Positions 1-12,149 of a stretch of 64,000 nucleotides of DNA are shown here, piece after piece. Positions within the stretch are counted from its first letter, which is position 1; every line of letters starts with the position of its first letter. Under the pieces are notes generated by a model. That model was given only the letters and a program-made list of their open reading frames with translations, searched no databases and was not told the origin of the DNA. This stretch comes from Ranitomeya imitator (taxonomy: Eukaryota): the NCBI RefSeq assembly GCF_032444005.1, contig NC_091285.1:38378001-38442000 (forward strand). The letters are read 5' to 3'. Both the position numbers and the translations under genes were made by a program.

Positions 1-182
1 TGTCATATACCAGCCACAACCATCTCTTGCAGGATCTCTGTTCTGCATTGCTGAGCTTGGAAACCTTCGACAGATGTCGACCAAGTACATGCTGATATAT
101 GTGCACTGTAAGTGCTGTTACCATACTCCAGTTACATAGAAAGATCAAATCTAACAACCATACAACAATTCATTGTCCTTTA

Positions 183-550
183 GGACTCATTCAGATGTCA
201 GTGATATTTCACATGCGCAAAATTTCGAGAGTCATCGGTGTTTTTCAGTCGATTTTCATCAGTGTTTAATAGATAAATGACAAAGCATTTCAGATTCATT
301 GCAATGTTAATCATTGATGGCAGACAGATTTCACACTGATGCCATCAGTGTTCTGTCCGTAATTATCCCACACCCATAGACTTCCATGATGCAGATCAAA
401 AACAGACACGTCTCTGAGATTTTTTGTAGACCACTCGGTCCTCAAAAAAAGGACATGTGAGACATTCCTGAGATTATAAGGGGAATATATTCTATCCCTT
501 AAAAACACAACTAGAACACGTACATGACTCACGGACGTCTGCATGAATCC
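183..550. mobile_element. PIF/Harbinger-type MITE
   Basis: Imperfect TIRs GGACTCATTCAGATGTC and (reverse complement) GGATTCATGCAGACGTC, flanked by a TTA duplication at 180-182 and 551-553. No coding capacity. Confidence 0.7.
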
Positions 551-588
551 TTACCACCAATAAAAAATACCTCACCGCATGTAATAAA

Positions 589-897
589 TAGTGATGAGCA
601 AACATGCTCTAATAAGGTGTTATCCGAGCATGTTCATGTGCTAACCGAGTGTCTTCGTCATGCTCGAAAAATACGTCCGAGTCCCTGCGGCTGCATGTCT
701 CGCGACTGTTCGACAACAGGAACACATGCAGGGATTGCCTCACAGACAGACAATCCCTGCATGTGTTGTGGCTGTCGAACAGCCGTGAGACATGCAGCAG
801 CTGGGACTCCGACATATTTTTCGATCACGTCGAAGACACTCGGTTAGCACTCTATCATAGTCAGATAACACCTTATCCCAGCACGTTCACTCATTAC
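589..897. mobile_element. Palindromic (fold-back) MITE
   Basis: Whole element is an imperfect inverted repeat (ATAAGGTGTTATC ... GATAACACCTTAT; centre CATGCAGGGATTG/CAATCCCTGCATG). A partial second copy lies at 48925-49139. Confidence 0.7.
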
Positions 898-1934
898 AAG
901 TAATAATGTATAAAACAAAATTATGGCCAAGTCAAGTGCCCATGGCAGCTAATCACTGACATCACTGGTTATGTATTGTCAAAAGTGGCATCTTTGTACA
1001 ACCAGTGATTGGCTGCTATGGTCAAGTGGCAACTACAACATGTCATCACATGTCTTTCACTAAAGCAATAAGAAAGGATCGTTTGACCGTTGTGACCAGT
1101 GGTGTGTGCCCCAAATTTCAAAGAGAAGTAGAGTAGAACTTTTTTCAGACCTGGGAGTGAAGGCTTTGGCTATGGAGTTCTGGAATTTTAGGTTTGTGAG
1201 GGTGAAAGTGGTCTTCACAAGCCTTTGTCCCTCTCCAAATGCTTTTTACAATTAAGAAACTCCTGTTGAAAGGGAAATTAAAGCGTGTGCTGTCCATTTT
1301 TCACAGAGTGTTTGATACGAGAAACCTCCATCAGTTCATACTTTCATCCAAGAAAAACTTATGAAATTCTGACCAAACTATGATGGTAAAACCTGGCTCT
1401 GACCACACTCTTGTGACAATCTGATAAGAAACATTGACGAAGCTCGGACCTTTTTTTGAGTATGAGAGAAATCATTGACATCTGAATGAATGGGAATGTA
1501 ATAACTAAATGCCCAATCTTCCCGTATATCAGCATACATGATAAATTACCACCATCCAACACCTTCAAGGAAGTTCATAAAGTTTAGATTAATCCAGACA
1601 TGATCTTTAACTATTCCAAGAGGCGTTCAACAATGTTATAGATTTTAGCTTTGCTTTTATTTACCACGCTTTACCAAAAACTGGTTGTTGTACCATACAG
1701 GATTAGGAAGACATGGCTGCTTCCTTCCCCAAAAATGACCATAGATTGTGTTTGGTAGGGCATATGAGCCATGTTTCTCCCATTTTGTACAGCCCCTCAA
1801 AGGCCTTATTCAGATGTCTAGGCTTTTATGCACATGGGAAAAAATTGACTGTTTTAATTTGTGTGCTGGATCAGATTTTCATCCATTTTTGATCTGTGTG
1901 TCCGTTTTTACCATCATGATGATAAAACAGGTGC

Positions 1935-2011
1935 TGAAGTTTGGAATTAATATTTTTTGCATATGAGACAAACAGGGTCTCATATGCAAAAAATATTAAT
2001 TCCAAACTTCA
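1935..2011. repeat. Perfect 35-bp inverted repeat with 7-nt loop
   Basis: TGAAGTTTGGAATTAATATTTTTTGCATATGAGAC-aaacagg-exact reverse complement. Lies within a degraded MITE (about 1802-2220). Confidence 0.9.
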
Positions 2012-2428
2012 TCACTTTGATGGCACATGGATGGTATCCGTTTGCTGTCCTTTTTTCACAGACTTTTTAATTTGGATAGGTGAATTTGATTGGTGACATG
2101 GATCAAAAACCATCATGTCTCCATGTTATTTTGTGGACACCTGGTGTGCTATAAAACATGGACATGTGATCAGCCCCACCGATGAAAACACGGAGAGGAC
2201 ACGAGCATGAAAAGAAGCCTCGTTGCTCAGTACGGTGACCCTAAGAACAGTACAGATTTTGCTTTCTCTACAAAATAATTCATATAGTCCCAAAATTAGG
2301 CATCACACAACTTGTTTTGAGGATTTATATTGTATGCCTCTGAATTCAATGCTTTATCTCCATTTTCAAGGAGAATATTACATACAAGAGGGGTGCCATA
2401 AGGAATGCCTACAGTGATGTCACAAGTG

Positions 2429-3027
2429 TGTCACGTCCTCCTGGGAGATCTGGGGTTAGAAGATCACTACGTATTGTGAATCGCAGATCTTCCATTTAGC
2501 CTGTGTGTTTGTGTCCGGTCAGAAACTTGCAGCTAAATTTTCAGCTGCTTCTGATCTGGTCATGACCTCTCCCTATAAAACCTGGCCTAACCCTCTCTGC
2601 CTTGCCAGTGAAAGCTTTGCTTCCTAGCTTCTTTATCTGTGCTGAATAGGAGCTACTACTCTTGCTGCTGGAGATTGTTGCATGCTGTTTTCGGGTGCAT
2701 GCTTTCGTCATTGTGCTATTCCAATTGGTTGGCACATTCCTATCATTCTCTATATTCCTCTTTACCTTTGGTGAGTGTTTGTATATTTGTTGCTTTCTGT
2801 TATCCCTGTTTTGTCTTTGCGTCTTGTTTCCTTTTATTTCTGTCCAATGCCTCATGGGGTGGGGGACGGGATAGATCAGGGTTTAACAGGAGCATAGTAA
2901 GGTCAGAGACTCAGGCTTCTCTACCTTCAAGAGTACACTTGGGACAGGGATAGTCAGGGTCCCAGTTCCAGGGACAGTTTGAGGCCCCACTTCCTTACCG
3001 AAGACCGTCACTGCGGGACATGTGACC
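2429..3027 (+). mobile_element. Probable solo LTR (degenerate)
   Basis: Starts TGTCACG, has TATAAAA near 2574 and ends near TGTGAC. No clean TSD found. Confidence 0.4.
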
Positions 3028-3215
3028 ACAACTACAGGAATTCTGTGGGACAGTAAGGGGGTTGGATGCATGTTACAATAGATCCTAAATATCATCTTCC
3101 AATGTGTTCAATAATCCCCAGTTGCACCAAGAAAGTTGGTTGTTGGGTGATGACGTAAAAAATGTTACTCGAAAGCTATGATTTCAACCTCAAAAAGTTC
3201 TGTATTGTTTTGCAG

Positions 3216-3697
3216 ACCCATCAGCCCCACCCAAACCCATCATTGAGGCATCAGTGAAGTCAATACGAGCAGGAGAGAATTTTATTGTCACCTGTACCGT
3301 TTTAGGAGAACTGGAAATCAGTGTGGAGTTCACCTGGGAATATCCTGGGCAACAGGTAAAAGATAAGTGACCTGGACATGTTGGAAATTGTACTAATGTA
3401 ATCATGATTAGACCTTTAAAGCCATAGTCATAAAAACGACCATCGTCATCGATTCACGACTCTTTCTTTCTATAGATTGGCCGACCTCCTTATGTCCGGG
3501 AGAACACGTCACAGACAAGACGTGGAGGAACATTAATGCAGGAGTTTCAAAGTATTTTGTATATTGATGAATCTCGTGCTGTGGATGATGGCACTTATAC
3601 CTGTACAGCACAAAACTTACAGGGGAGCACGTCCGTAACCACAAGGGTTACCGTCCTCCCACCAACGTCTACAACCCGAGTAAGAAACCAAGGATGA
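3216..3697 (+). CDS. pdgfrl: PDGFRL-like secreted Ig-domain protein, last two coding exons (3216-3355, 3476-3697); 5' exons not identified in window
   Basis: AG/GT-bounded in-phase exons give DPSAPPKPIIEASVKSIRAGENFIVTCTVLGELEISVEFTWEYPGQQ|IGRPPYVRENT...DDGTYTCTAQNLQGSTSVTTRVTVLPPTSTTRVRNQG*. This is an I-set Ig domain with the CTVLGE..V.FTW..PGQ and Y.CTAQNLQG.T motifs of PDGFRL. The stop comes with no TM or kinase domain. It may be a paralogue rather than the orthologue. Confidence 0.8.
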
Positions 3698-3771
3698 GAC
3701 GCCTAGGTCTCCGTGTGTATGGAGGTTCGGTGACGTCATTAGTTCTTTGTGATCGAAAGATTTATTCATAA

Positions 3772-3777
3772 AATAAA
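3772..3777 (+). terminator. Candidate poly(A) signal of PDGFRL-like gene
   Basis: AATAAA 75 nt after the TGA; further AATAAA motifs near 3828 and 3879. Confidence 0.5.
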
Positions 3778-4409
3778 ATTTGTCCTCATATTTTGAATAT
3801 TTTTGAATGACTGGTTCTACAGTCTCATAATAAACACATTCTGAATGTACTGTATTGTATCCGCTACATTAAAGGTCTAATAAAGTGTTCATCTCAATCC
3901 AAATATCAAGTTATCACCTCTCTGCCGTGGTATCAGGCAAAATTCCCTTTTATCCAGGTCGGTCTAATGGCTTTATATCAAATAGTTACTGTAAAACCAT
4001 AAAAAAAATAGATGATGTCAATACAGAGGACATAAAATAAAAAAAACTGACGAAAGGGAGAACAAAAGGATGCAACATTAAACTACCAACATTTAGAGTG
4101 CACTACAATGCTGGGGGCATCAACCTTCCCCAGAATGGTGTGCTGGAATAAAGTAGTGCTGAATGGTGTTGGAATTAACCAATTCAATGCTGGATACAAG
4201 AGAGGAGGATGCTGACAGGGCTATATTATTAGTAAAGCGCTCAGTGCTAAACAGTGTGGACAAAAACAACCACCCAATTCACAGCAGCCTTATCCACAGC
4301 AGCAACTATAGTAGCATGTGAAAAAAACAATGCACAAATCATAGATATATTACCCAGGACATCGACACTGTCAGTATACTTCTTTAAGGTATGCTTTAAA
4401 GTGTGCCAT

Positions 4410-5965
4410 CTGTGTCCTGTACATGTGCTATCCATGTGCCGTACGTGTGCTATCCGTGTGCTCTTTGTGTGCTGTGAGTGCGCTATACGTGTGCTGTGAG
4501 TGTGCTGTACGTATGCTGATAGTGTGTTGTACGTGTGCTGTACTATGCTGTGAGTGTACCATACCTGTTCTGTCCATGTGCTGTATGTATGCAGTGAATG
4601 TGCTGTATGTATGCTGTGAGTGTGCTGTACATGTGCTGTACGTGTGCTGTGCGTGTGCTGAACGTATGCTATGAGTGTGCTGTACATGTGCTGTACATAT
4701 TGTGAGGCAGTGACCGGTGCTATATGTCAGGGTCACTATGTGTCCCCCAGGATGTGCAAAGAAGCATATGAAGGCCATGGGAGTGCAGTCCCATGCTTAG
4801 CTGTGATTGCAATGCAGAATAAAAGTGAGTGTTGATCTTGGGCAAGCTATTTGTCCAAGGCAGATTTAGGAAAACCTGCACTGGGCTTTTATTTTTTAAA
4901 CGGACTACAGGATGGTAGTGAGGCAGTCCTTTTCCTTCCTGGCCGGGTTCTCCGTGTGGCCTAAGGCCACAGGTTCTTTGTAAAGAAAAACCCTTCAGGA
5001 AAGGGTTGGGTGTGTCAGTTTGTTTTTTTGCAAGTGCGCAGAGTAGAAGGCTCTGCAGAGCTCCATCTGTGTGAAGCAACACAGAACCTAAGTGGAGCCA
5101 AAAGGCCTGGTACCCCTCAGCGTACATGGCGGTGCAGTCGCCCACGGTAACATGGCCGGGTTACCGACTATCCTGTTTTCCCGGCTGCGATCTGGAAGAT
5201 CCTATTTAATTGGTTCTGTTTGTGAGAATGCTGACCATTTAAAAGAGACTTTGCTTTTGAACTTTTTTAAACTGTCTGTCACACTGCACCAACCCCGCTG
5301 CACTACAATATGCTGTGAGTGTGCTGTACACATGCTGTGAGTGTGCTGTACGTGTGCTGTTAGTATGCTGTGAGTGTACTTTACCTGTTTTGTTCATGTG
5401 CTGTACGTATGCTGTGAGTGTGCTTTACCTGTTCTGTTCATGTGCTGTACATATGCTGTGAGTGTACCGTACCTGTTCTGTACGTATTCTGTACGTGTGC
5501 TGTGCATGTGCCGTGCATGTGCTGTGCATGTGCTGTACGTATGCTGTGAGTGTGCTGTAGGCATGCTGTGAGTGCTGTACGTGTGCTGTACATATGCTGT
5601 GAGTGTGCTGTAGGTGTGCTGTGAGTGATATACATGTGCTGTACGTGTGCTGTGAGTGTGCTATACATGTGCTGTACATATGCTGTGAGGGTACTGTATG
5701 TGTGCTGTGCATGTGCTGTGCATGTGCTGTACGTACGCTGTGATTATGCTGTACGTGTGCTGTACATATGCTGTGAGTGTGCTGTACGTGTGCTGTGAGT
5801 GCTGTACATGTGCTGTACATGTGCTGTGAGTGTGCGATACATGTGCTGTACATATGCTATGAGTGTACTGTATGTGTGCTGTGCATGTGCTGTACGTGTG
5901 CTGTAGGTATGCTATGAGTGTGCTGTACATGTGCTGCACGTATGCTGTGAGTGTGCTGCACATGT
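4410..5965. repeat. Degenerate about 10-22-bp minisatellite (TGTGCTGTACATATGCTGTGAG-like), interrupted by a solo LTR
   Basis: Dozens of TGTGCTGT(A/G) units. The ORFs here are low-complexity His/Thr/Cys artefacts. Confidence 0.9.
4701..5307 (-). mobile_element. Solo LTR (607 bp) with 4-bp TSD ATAT
   Basis: TGTGAGG...CACTACA termini with ATAT on both sides (4697-4700, 5308-5311). Removing it restores the minisatellite unit GTACATATGCTGTGAG. Strand is inferred only from the order of TATA-like and AATAAA motifs. Confidence 0.85.
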
Positions 5966-6382
5966 TTAACATTGTAAAGTATAGGAGAAGCTTTGTCATT
6001 TATTTCTTTAACCATACTGGAAAAACACTGATGATAAAAAACCAACACACAGATGATACATGGATGACACACAGATGGAAAACACTGAAGGCACCAGTAC
6101 TATTTTTTCACGTACGGGTTTTACACACGGACGTTTGAAGGAGGCCTTTTATATATATACTAGATTGTGGCCCGATTCTAACGCATCGGGTATTCTAGAA
6201 TATGCATGTCCCCGTAGTATATGGACAATGATGATTCCAGAATTCGCGGCAGACTGTGCCCGTCGCTGATTGGTCGAGGCAACCTTTATGACATCATCGT
6301 CGCCATGGCAACCATTATGACATCATCGTCGCTGTGCCCGTCGCTGATTGGTCGAGGCCTGGCGGCCTCGACCAATCAGAGA

Positions 6383-6523
6383 NNNNNNNNNNNNNNNNNN
6401 NNNNNNNNNNNNNNNNNNNNNNNNNNNNNNNNNNNNNNNNNNNNNNNNNNNNNNNNNNNNNNNNNNNNNNNNNNNNNNNNNNNNNNNNNNNNNNNNNNNN
6501 NNNNNNNNNNNNNNNNNNNNNNN
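6383..6523. other. Assembly gap (141 N)
   Basis: Run of N. Confidence 1.
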
Positions 6524-6558
6524 TCTAACGCATCGGGTATTCTAGAATATGCATGTCC

Positions 6559-8108
6559 TCGTAGTATATTGCACAGCCCACGTAGTATATTGCCCAGCCA
6601 CGTAGTATATTGCCCAGCCACGTAGTATATTGCCCAGTGACGTAGTATATTGGCCAGCCACGTAGTATATTGCCCAGTGACATAGTATATTGGCCAGCCA
6701 CGTAGTATATTGCCCAGTGACGTAGTATATTGCACAGCCCACGTAGTATATTACCCAGCCACGTAGTTTATTGCCCAGTGACGTAGTATATTGCACAGCC
6801 ACATAGTATATTGCCCAGCCACGTAGTATATTGCGCAGCCACGTAGTATATTGCCCAGCCACGTAGTATATTGCCCAGCCACGTAGTATATTGCCCAGCC
6901 ATGTAGTATATTCCCCAGCAACGTAGTAGATTGCCCAGCCACGTAGTATATTGCCCAGTGACATAGTATATTGGCCAGCCACGTAGTATATTGCTCAGCT
7001 ACGTAGTATATTGCCCAGTGACATAGTATATTGGCCAGCCACGTAGTATATTGCACAGCCACATAGTATATTGCCCAGCCACGTAGTATATTGCCCAGCC
7101 ACGTAGTATATTGCCCAGCCATGTAGTATATTGCCCAGCCACGTAGTATATTGCCCAGCCACGTAGTATATTGCCCAGTGACATAGTATATTGCCCAGCC
7201 ACATAGTATATTGCACAGCCATGTAGTATATTGCCCAGCCACGTAGTATATTGCCCAGCCACGTAGTATATTGCCCAGTGACATAGTATATTGCCCAGCC
7301 ACGTAGTATATTGCCCAGCCACTTAGTATATTGCCCAGCCATGTAGTATATTGCCCAGCCCCGTAGTATATTGCCCAGCCACGTAGTATATTGCCCAGTG
7401 ACATAGTATATTGGTCTAGCCACGTAGTATATTGCCCAGCCACGTAGTATATTGCCCAGCCACGTAGTATATTGCCCAGTGACATAGTATATTGGCCAGC
7501 CACGTAGTATATTGCCCAGTGACGTAGTATATTGGCCAGCCACGTAGTATATTGCCCAGTGACGTAGTATATTGCACAGCCCACGTAGTATATTACCCAG
7601 CCACGTAGTATATTGCCCAGCGACGTAGTATATTGCACAGCCACGTAGTATATTGCCCAGCCACGTAGTATATTGCCCAGCCACGTAGTATATTGCCCAG
7701 TCATGTAGTATATTTCCCAGCCATATAGTATATTGCCCAGTGACGTAGTATATTGCCCAGCCACGTAGTATATTGCCCAGCCACGTAGTATATTGCCCAG
7801 CCAAGTAGGATATTGCCCAGCTACATAGCATATTGACCAGTGACGTCACGTAGTATATTGCCCAGTTACATAGTATATTGGCCAGTTACGTAGTATATTG
7901 CCCAGTTACATAGTATATTGCCCAGTTACGTAGTATATTGCCTAGTGACGTAGTATATTGCGCAGCCACGTAGTATATTGCCCAGTCACGTAGTATATTG
8001 CCCAGTGACGTAGTATATTGCCCAGTCACGTAGTATATTGCGCAGCCACGTAGTATATTGCCCACTTACGTAGTATATTGCCCAGCTACATAGTATATTG
8101 CCCAGCCA
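6559..8108. repeat. 20-21-bp tandem satellite (CGTAGTATATTGCCCAGCCA)n inside the Helitron
   Basis: About 1.55 kb of head-to-tail units with point variants and no unique spacers. Confidence 0.97.
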
Positions 8109-8791
8109 GGTTTGTCACAGGTGAAAAAAAAACATATACTCACCTTTCGAAGGCCCGTTGTAGTCCACGGCAGCTTGCGGTTCCAGGGTTGGTATCACAG
8201 CGCAGGACCTGTGATGACGTCGCGGTCACATGACCGTGATGTCATGGCAGGTCTTTCTAGCGCAGGCACGTAGGGCCTGTGATGACGTCGCGGTCACATG
8301 ACCGTGACGTCATGGCAGGTCCTTCTGCCATACCATCTTTGCCACCGGAAACTGCAGCAGAAGATGGCGGCCGGCGGGAGCGGCTCAGCGTACAACGGAG
8401 GGTGAGTATAGCAGGTTTTTTTTTTATTATTATGTTAACATTACTTTTTTACTATTGGTGCCGCATAGGCAGCATCAATAGTAAAAGGTTTGGGACACAC
8501 GGGGTTAATAGCGGCGGTAACGGAGTGTGTCACCCGCGGCATAACGCGGTCCGTTACCGCCGGCATTAACCCTGTGTTAGCGGTGACCGGAGGGGAGTAT
8601 ACGGGCGACAGGCACTGACTGCAGGGAGTAAGGAGCGGCCAATTTTTTTACGGACTGCGCCCATCGCTGATTGGTCGCGGCAGCCATGACAGGCAGCTGG
8701 CGAGACCAATCAGCGAATGAATAACCGTGACAGAAGGACAGACAGAAAGACGGATAAACCCTTAGACAATTATACAGTAGATATATATTTA

Positions 8792-10362
8792 TACTGCTCA
8801 AATAAATAAAGGGAACACTAAAATCCCACATACCAGATATCTCTGAATGAAATATTCCAGTTGCAAATTTTTATTCATTGCATAGTGGAAAGTGTTCAGA
8901 ACAATAAAACATAACAATTATCAATGTAAATCAAAATGAATATGCCATGGAGGTCTGGATTTGGAACGATACTCAAAATCAAAGTGGAAAATCAAATTAC
9001 AGGCTGATCCAACTTCAGTGGAAATGCCTCATGACAAGGAAAAGATGCTCAGTATTGTGTGTGGCCTCCACGTGCCTGTATGACCTCTCTACTGTACAAT
9101 GCCTGGGCATGCTCCTGATGAGGCAGCGGATGGTCTCCTGAGGGATCTCCTCCCAGACCTGGACTAAAGCATCCGCCAATTCCTGGACAGTCTGTGGGGC
9201 AACGTGACGTTGGTGGATGAAGCGAGACATGAAGTCCCAGATGTGCTCAATCGGATTCAGGTATGGTGAAGGGGCGGGCCAGTCCATAGCTTCAATGCCT
9301 TCATCTTGCAGGAACTGCTGACACACTCTAGCCACATGAGATCTGGCATTGTCCTGCATTAGGAAGAACCCAGGGCCTACTGCACCAGCATATGGTCTCA
9401 CAAGGGGTCTGACAATCTCATCTCGGTACCTAGTGGCAGTTAGGCTACCTCTGGTGTGCACATGGAGGGCTGTGCAGCCCTCCAAAGAAATGTCACTCCA
9501 CACCATTACTGACCCACTGCCAAAGCGGTCATGCTGAAGGATGTTGCAGGCAGCAGATCACTCTCCATGGCATCTCCAGACTCTGTCACATGTGCTCAGT
9601 GTGAACCTGCTTTCATCTATGAAGAGCACAGGGCGCCAGTGGCGAATTTGTCAATCCTGGTGTTCTTTGGCAAATGCCAAGCGTCCTGCACGGTGTTGGG
9701 CTGTGAGCACAACCTCCATCTGTGGACGTCGGGCACTCAGACCATCCTCATGGAGTCGGTTTCTAACGGTTTGTGCAGACACATGCACATTTGTGGCCTG
9801 CTGGAGGTAATTTTGCATGGCTCTGGCAGTGCTCCTCCTGTTCCTCCTTGCACAAAGGTGGAGATAGCGGTCCTGCTGCTGAGTTTTTGCCCTCCTACGG
9901 CCCCCTCCATGTATCCTGGTGTACTGGCCTGTCTCCTGATAGCGCCTCCAGCCTCTGGACACTACGCTGACAGAAACAGCAAACCTTCTTGCCACAGCTC
10001 GCATTGATGTGCCATCCTGGATGAGCTGCACTACCTGAGCCACTTGTGTGGGTTGTAGAGTCCGGCTCATGCTGCAATGAGTGTGAAAGCACAACCAACA
10101 TTCAAAAGTGACCAAAACATCAGCCAGAAAGCATTGATACTGAGATGTGGTCTGTGGTCCCCACCTGCAAACCCACTCCTTTATTGAGGGTGTCTTGACA
10201 ATTGCCAATAATTTCCATCTGTTGTCTATTCCATTTGCACATCAGCATGTGAAATTAATTGTCAATCAGTATTGCTTCCTAAGTGAACAGTTTGATTTCA
10301 CAGAACTTCGATTTGAGTTATATTTTGTTGTTTAAGTGTTCCCTTTATTTTTTTGAGCAGTG
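8792..10362 (-). mobile_element. Full-length but disrupted Tc1-family DNA transposon
   Basis: TIRs (C/T)ACTGCTCAAA.AAATAAAGGGAACACT at both ends, with TA TSDs at 8790-8791 and 10363-10364. Transposase is broken into minus-strand ORF pieces 9651-10208 (paired-like HTH) and 9015-9506 (MQDNARSH, WPAPSPYLNPIEHIW). Confidence 0.92.
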
Positions 10363-10371
10363 TATAAATAA

Positions 10372-10426
<55 letters not shown>
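10363..10426. repeat. (TA)n microsatellite grown from the Tc1 target site
   Basis: TA run immediately after the right TIR. Confidence 0.9.
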
Positions 10427-10427
<1 letters not shown>

Positions 10428-10430
<3 letters not shown>

Positions 10431-10570
10431 AGTACAGCGGGGTTGGTGCAGTGTGACAGACAGGCAGTGACTCAGGAAAGTTAATGAAAAATGTATTTTA
10501 TTGTCCAGAAACTCACAAAGTACACGGTATCCTCCGGGTCGCAGCCAGGAATCAAGACAGTCATTAACCA
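10428..10570 (+). mobile_element. Truncated LTR end related to the 4701-5307 LTR
   Basis: TGTAGTACAGCGGGGTTGGTGCAGTGTGACAGACAG is nearly identical to the reverse complement of the 5307 end. Confidence 0.65.
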
Positions 10571-10571
10571 A

Positions 10572-11370
10572 AACCCAGAACTGCAAGAGTGGACCTAATG
10601 GATGACCTGTATAGAGCTGAGACCACCATAACAAAGGCTACCATCAGTAAAACACTACGCTGCCAGGGACTCAGATCCTGCAGAGCCAGACGTGTCCCCC
10701 TGCTTAAGCCAGTACATGTCCGGGCCCGTCTGAAGTTTGCTATTATGAATTATCCAGAAGAGCATTGGGAGAATGTCATATGGTCTGATGAAACCAAAGT
10801 AGAACTGTTTGGTAGAATCAAAACGCATTGTGTTTGGAGGAGACAGAATGCTGAGTTACATCCAAAGAACACCATGCCTACTGTGAAGCATGGGGGTGGC
10901 AACATCATGCTTTGGGGCTGTTTCTCTGCAAAGAGACCAGGACGACTGATCTGTGTACATGAAAGAATGAATGGGGCCATGTATCGTGAGATTTTGAGTG
11001 CAAACCTCCTTCCATCAGCAAGGGCATTGAAGATGAAACGTGGATGGGTATTTCAGCATGATAATGATCCCAAGCACACTGTCAGGGCAACCAAGGAGTG
11101 GGTTCGTAAGAAGCATATGAAGGTCCTGGAGTGGCCTAGCCAGTCTCCAGATCTCAACCCCATAGAAAACCTTTGGAGGGAGTTGAAAGTCCTCGTTGCC
11201 CAGTGACAGGCCCAAAACATCACTGCTCTAGAGGAGATCTGCATGGATGAATGGGCCAACATACCACCAACAGTGTGTGCCATATTTGTGAAGACTTACA
11301 GGAACCGTTTGACCACTGTCATTGCCAACAAATGATATATAACAAAATATTGAGATGAACTTTTGCTAAT
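10572..11370 (+). mobile_element. Tc1-like transposase fragment (second family)
   Basis: ORF 10589-11206 has WSDETK, HDNDPKH and [15 protein letters not shown] (DDE catalytic motifs). It is 5'-truncated, has a premature stop and shows no TIRs. Confidence 0.9.
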
Positions 11371-11772
11371 GAGTATGTGCAGGGTTGGACTGGGGTGCCT
11401 GGGGCCCACAGTGGGAATTGACTCTAAGGGCCCACCATACAACTATATGCAAATACCTGTTAGCAGTTATCACAGTTACAATGGAACATCGACTGTTAAA
11501 CACAGGCGGCTCCTGTACATCTACTGTGTGCCACCATAGCTGGGATGTACAATTACGGTAGTTTCTATTAAAGGTGCCCTTTATTTAAAAGAAGATATAA
11601 TAGTCCCACATATAAGGGAAAAATACTGCTACACCATGATTGAACTACATATTCCACCACATAGTGACCAAATAATACCACATACAAGGGACAAATACCT
11701 CCACACCATGACCAGACAACATATTACCATCACATAGTGACCAAACAATACCACATACAAAGCAGAAATACT

Positions 11773-12047
11773 GGGCAGCAGAATGGCTCAGTGGTTAGCA
11801 CTGAAGCCTTGCTGCGCTGGAGTCCTGGGTTCAAATCCCACCAAGGACAACATCTGCAAGGAGTTTGTATGTTCTCCTCGTGTTTGCGTGGGTTTTCTCC
11901 GGGTTCTCTGGTTTCCTCCCACATTCCAAAAGACATACTGATAGGGAATTTAGATTGTGAGCCCCATTGAGAACAGCGATGATAATGTCTGTAAAGCGCT
12001 GTGGAATATGTTAGCGCTATATAAAAATAAAGATTATTATTATTATT
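11773..12047 (+). mobile_element. tRNA-derived V-SINE with L2-type tail
   Basis: A box TGGCTCAGTGG (11784-11794), B box GGTTCAAATCC (11828-11838), V-domain-like core (GTTTGTATGTTCTCC...TTTCCTCCCAC), and a 3' end matching the L2 tail plus (ATT)n. Confidence 0.88.
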
Positions 12048-12149
12048 TAATTACAGCCACACCGTGACCAGATCACAACCACATAGTGACCGAATACTAC
12101 AATACTGATCATTAATAAAAATTACAATACTAACAATATCATTATTACC

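Larger units (their letters stand above)
6160..8781 (-). mobile_element. Non-autonomous Helitron (possibly two tandem elements across the gap)
   Basis: On the minus strand it starts A|TC (TCTACTG at 8781) and ends CTAG|T (6163-6160), with a subterminal hairpin CCCGATTCTAACGCATCGGG (6171-6190). These are canonical Helitron1 termini. A second copy of the hairpin region resumes after the gap at 6524. Confidence 0.75.

Noticed and set aside
1100-1650. Possible ancient L1 fragment or upstream PDGFRL-like exon
   Set aside because: No open frame with recognisable motifs and no convincing phase-compatible exon. It needs a profile search.
3216-3697. PDGFRA/PDGFRB/KIT-type receptor kinase
   Set aside because: The frame stops right after the Ig domain and is followed by AATAAA. 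There are no TM or kinase exons downstream.
4247-5999. His/Thr- and Cys/Val-rich ORFs
   Set aside because: Translations of the TGTGCTGTAC minisatellite; no splice or domain support.
6376-7849. Long minus-strand ORFs (up to 337 aa) and a CRISPR-like look of the 20-bp repeats
   Set aside because: Pure tandem satellite with no unique spacers and no cas genes, in a vertebrate context. The ORFs are translation artefacts of a stop-free repeat unit.
11773-11845. tRNA gene
   Set aside because: The A/B boxes are followed by the V-domain and L2 tail, so this is a SINE head, not a cloverleaf tRNA.
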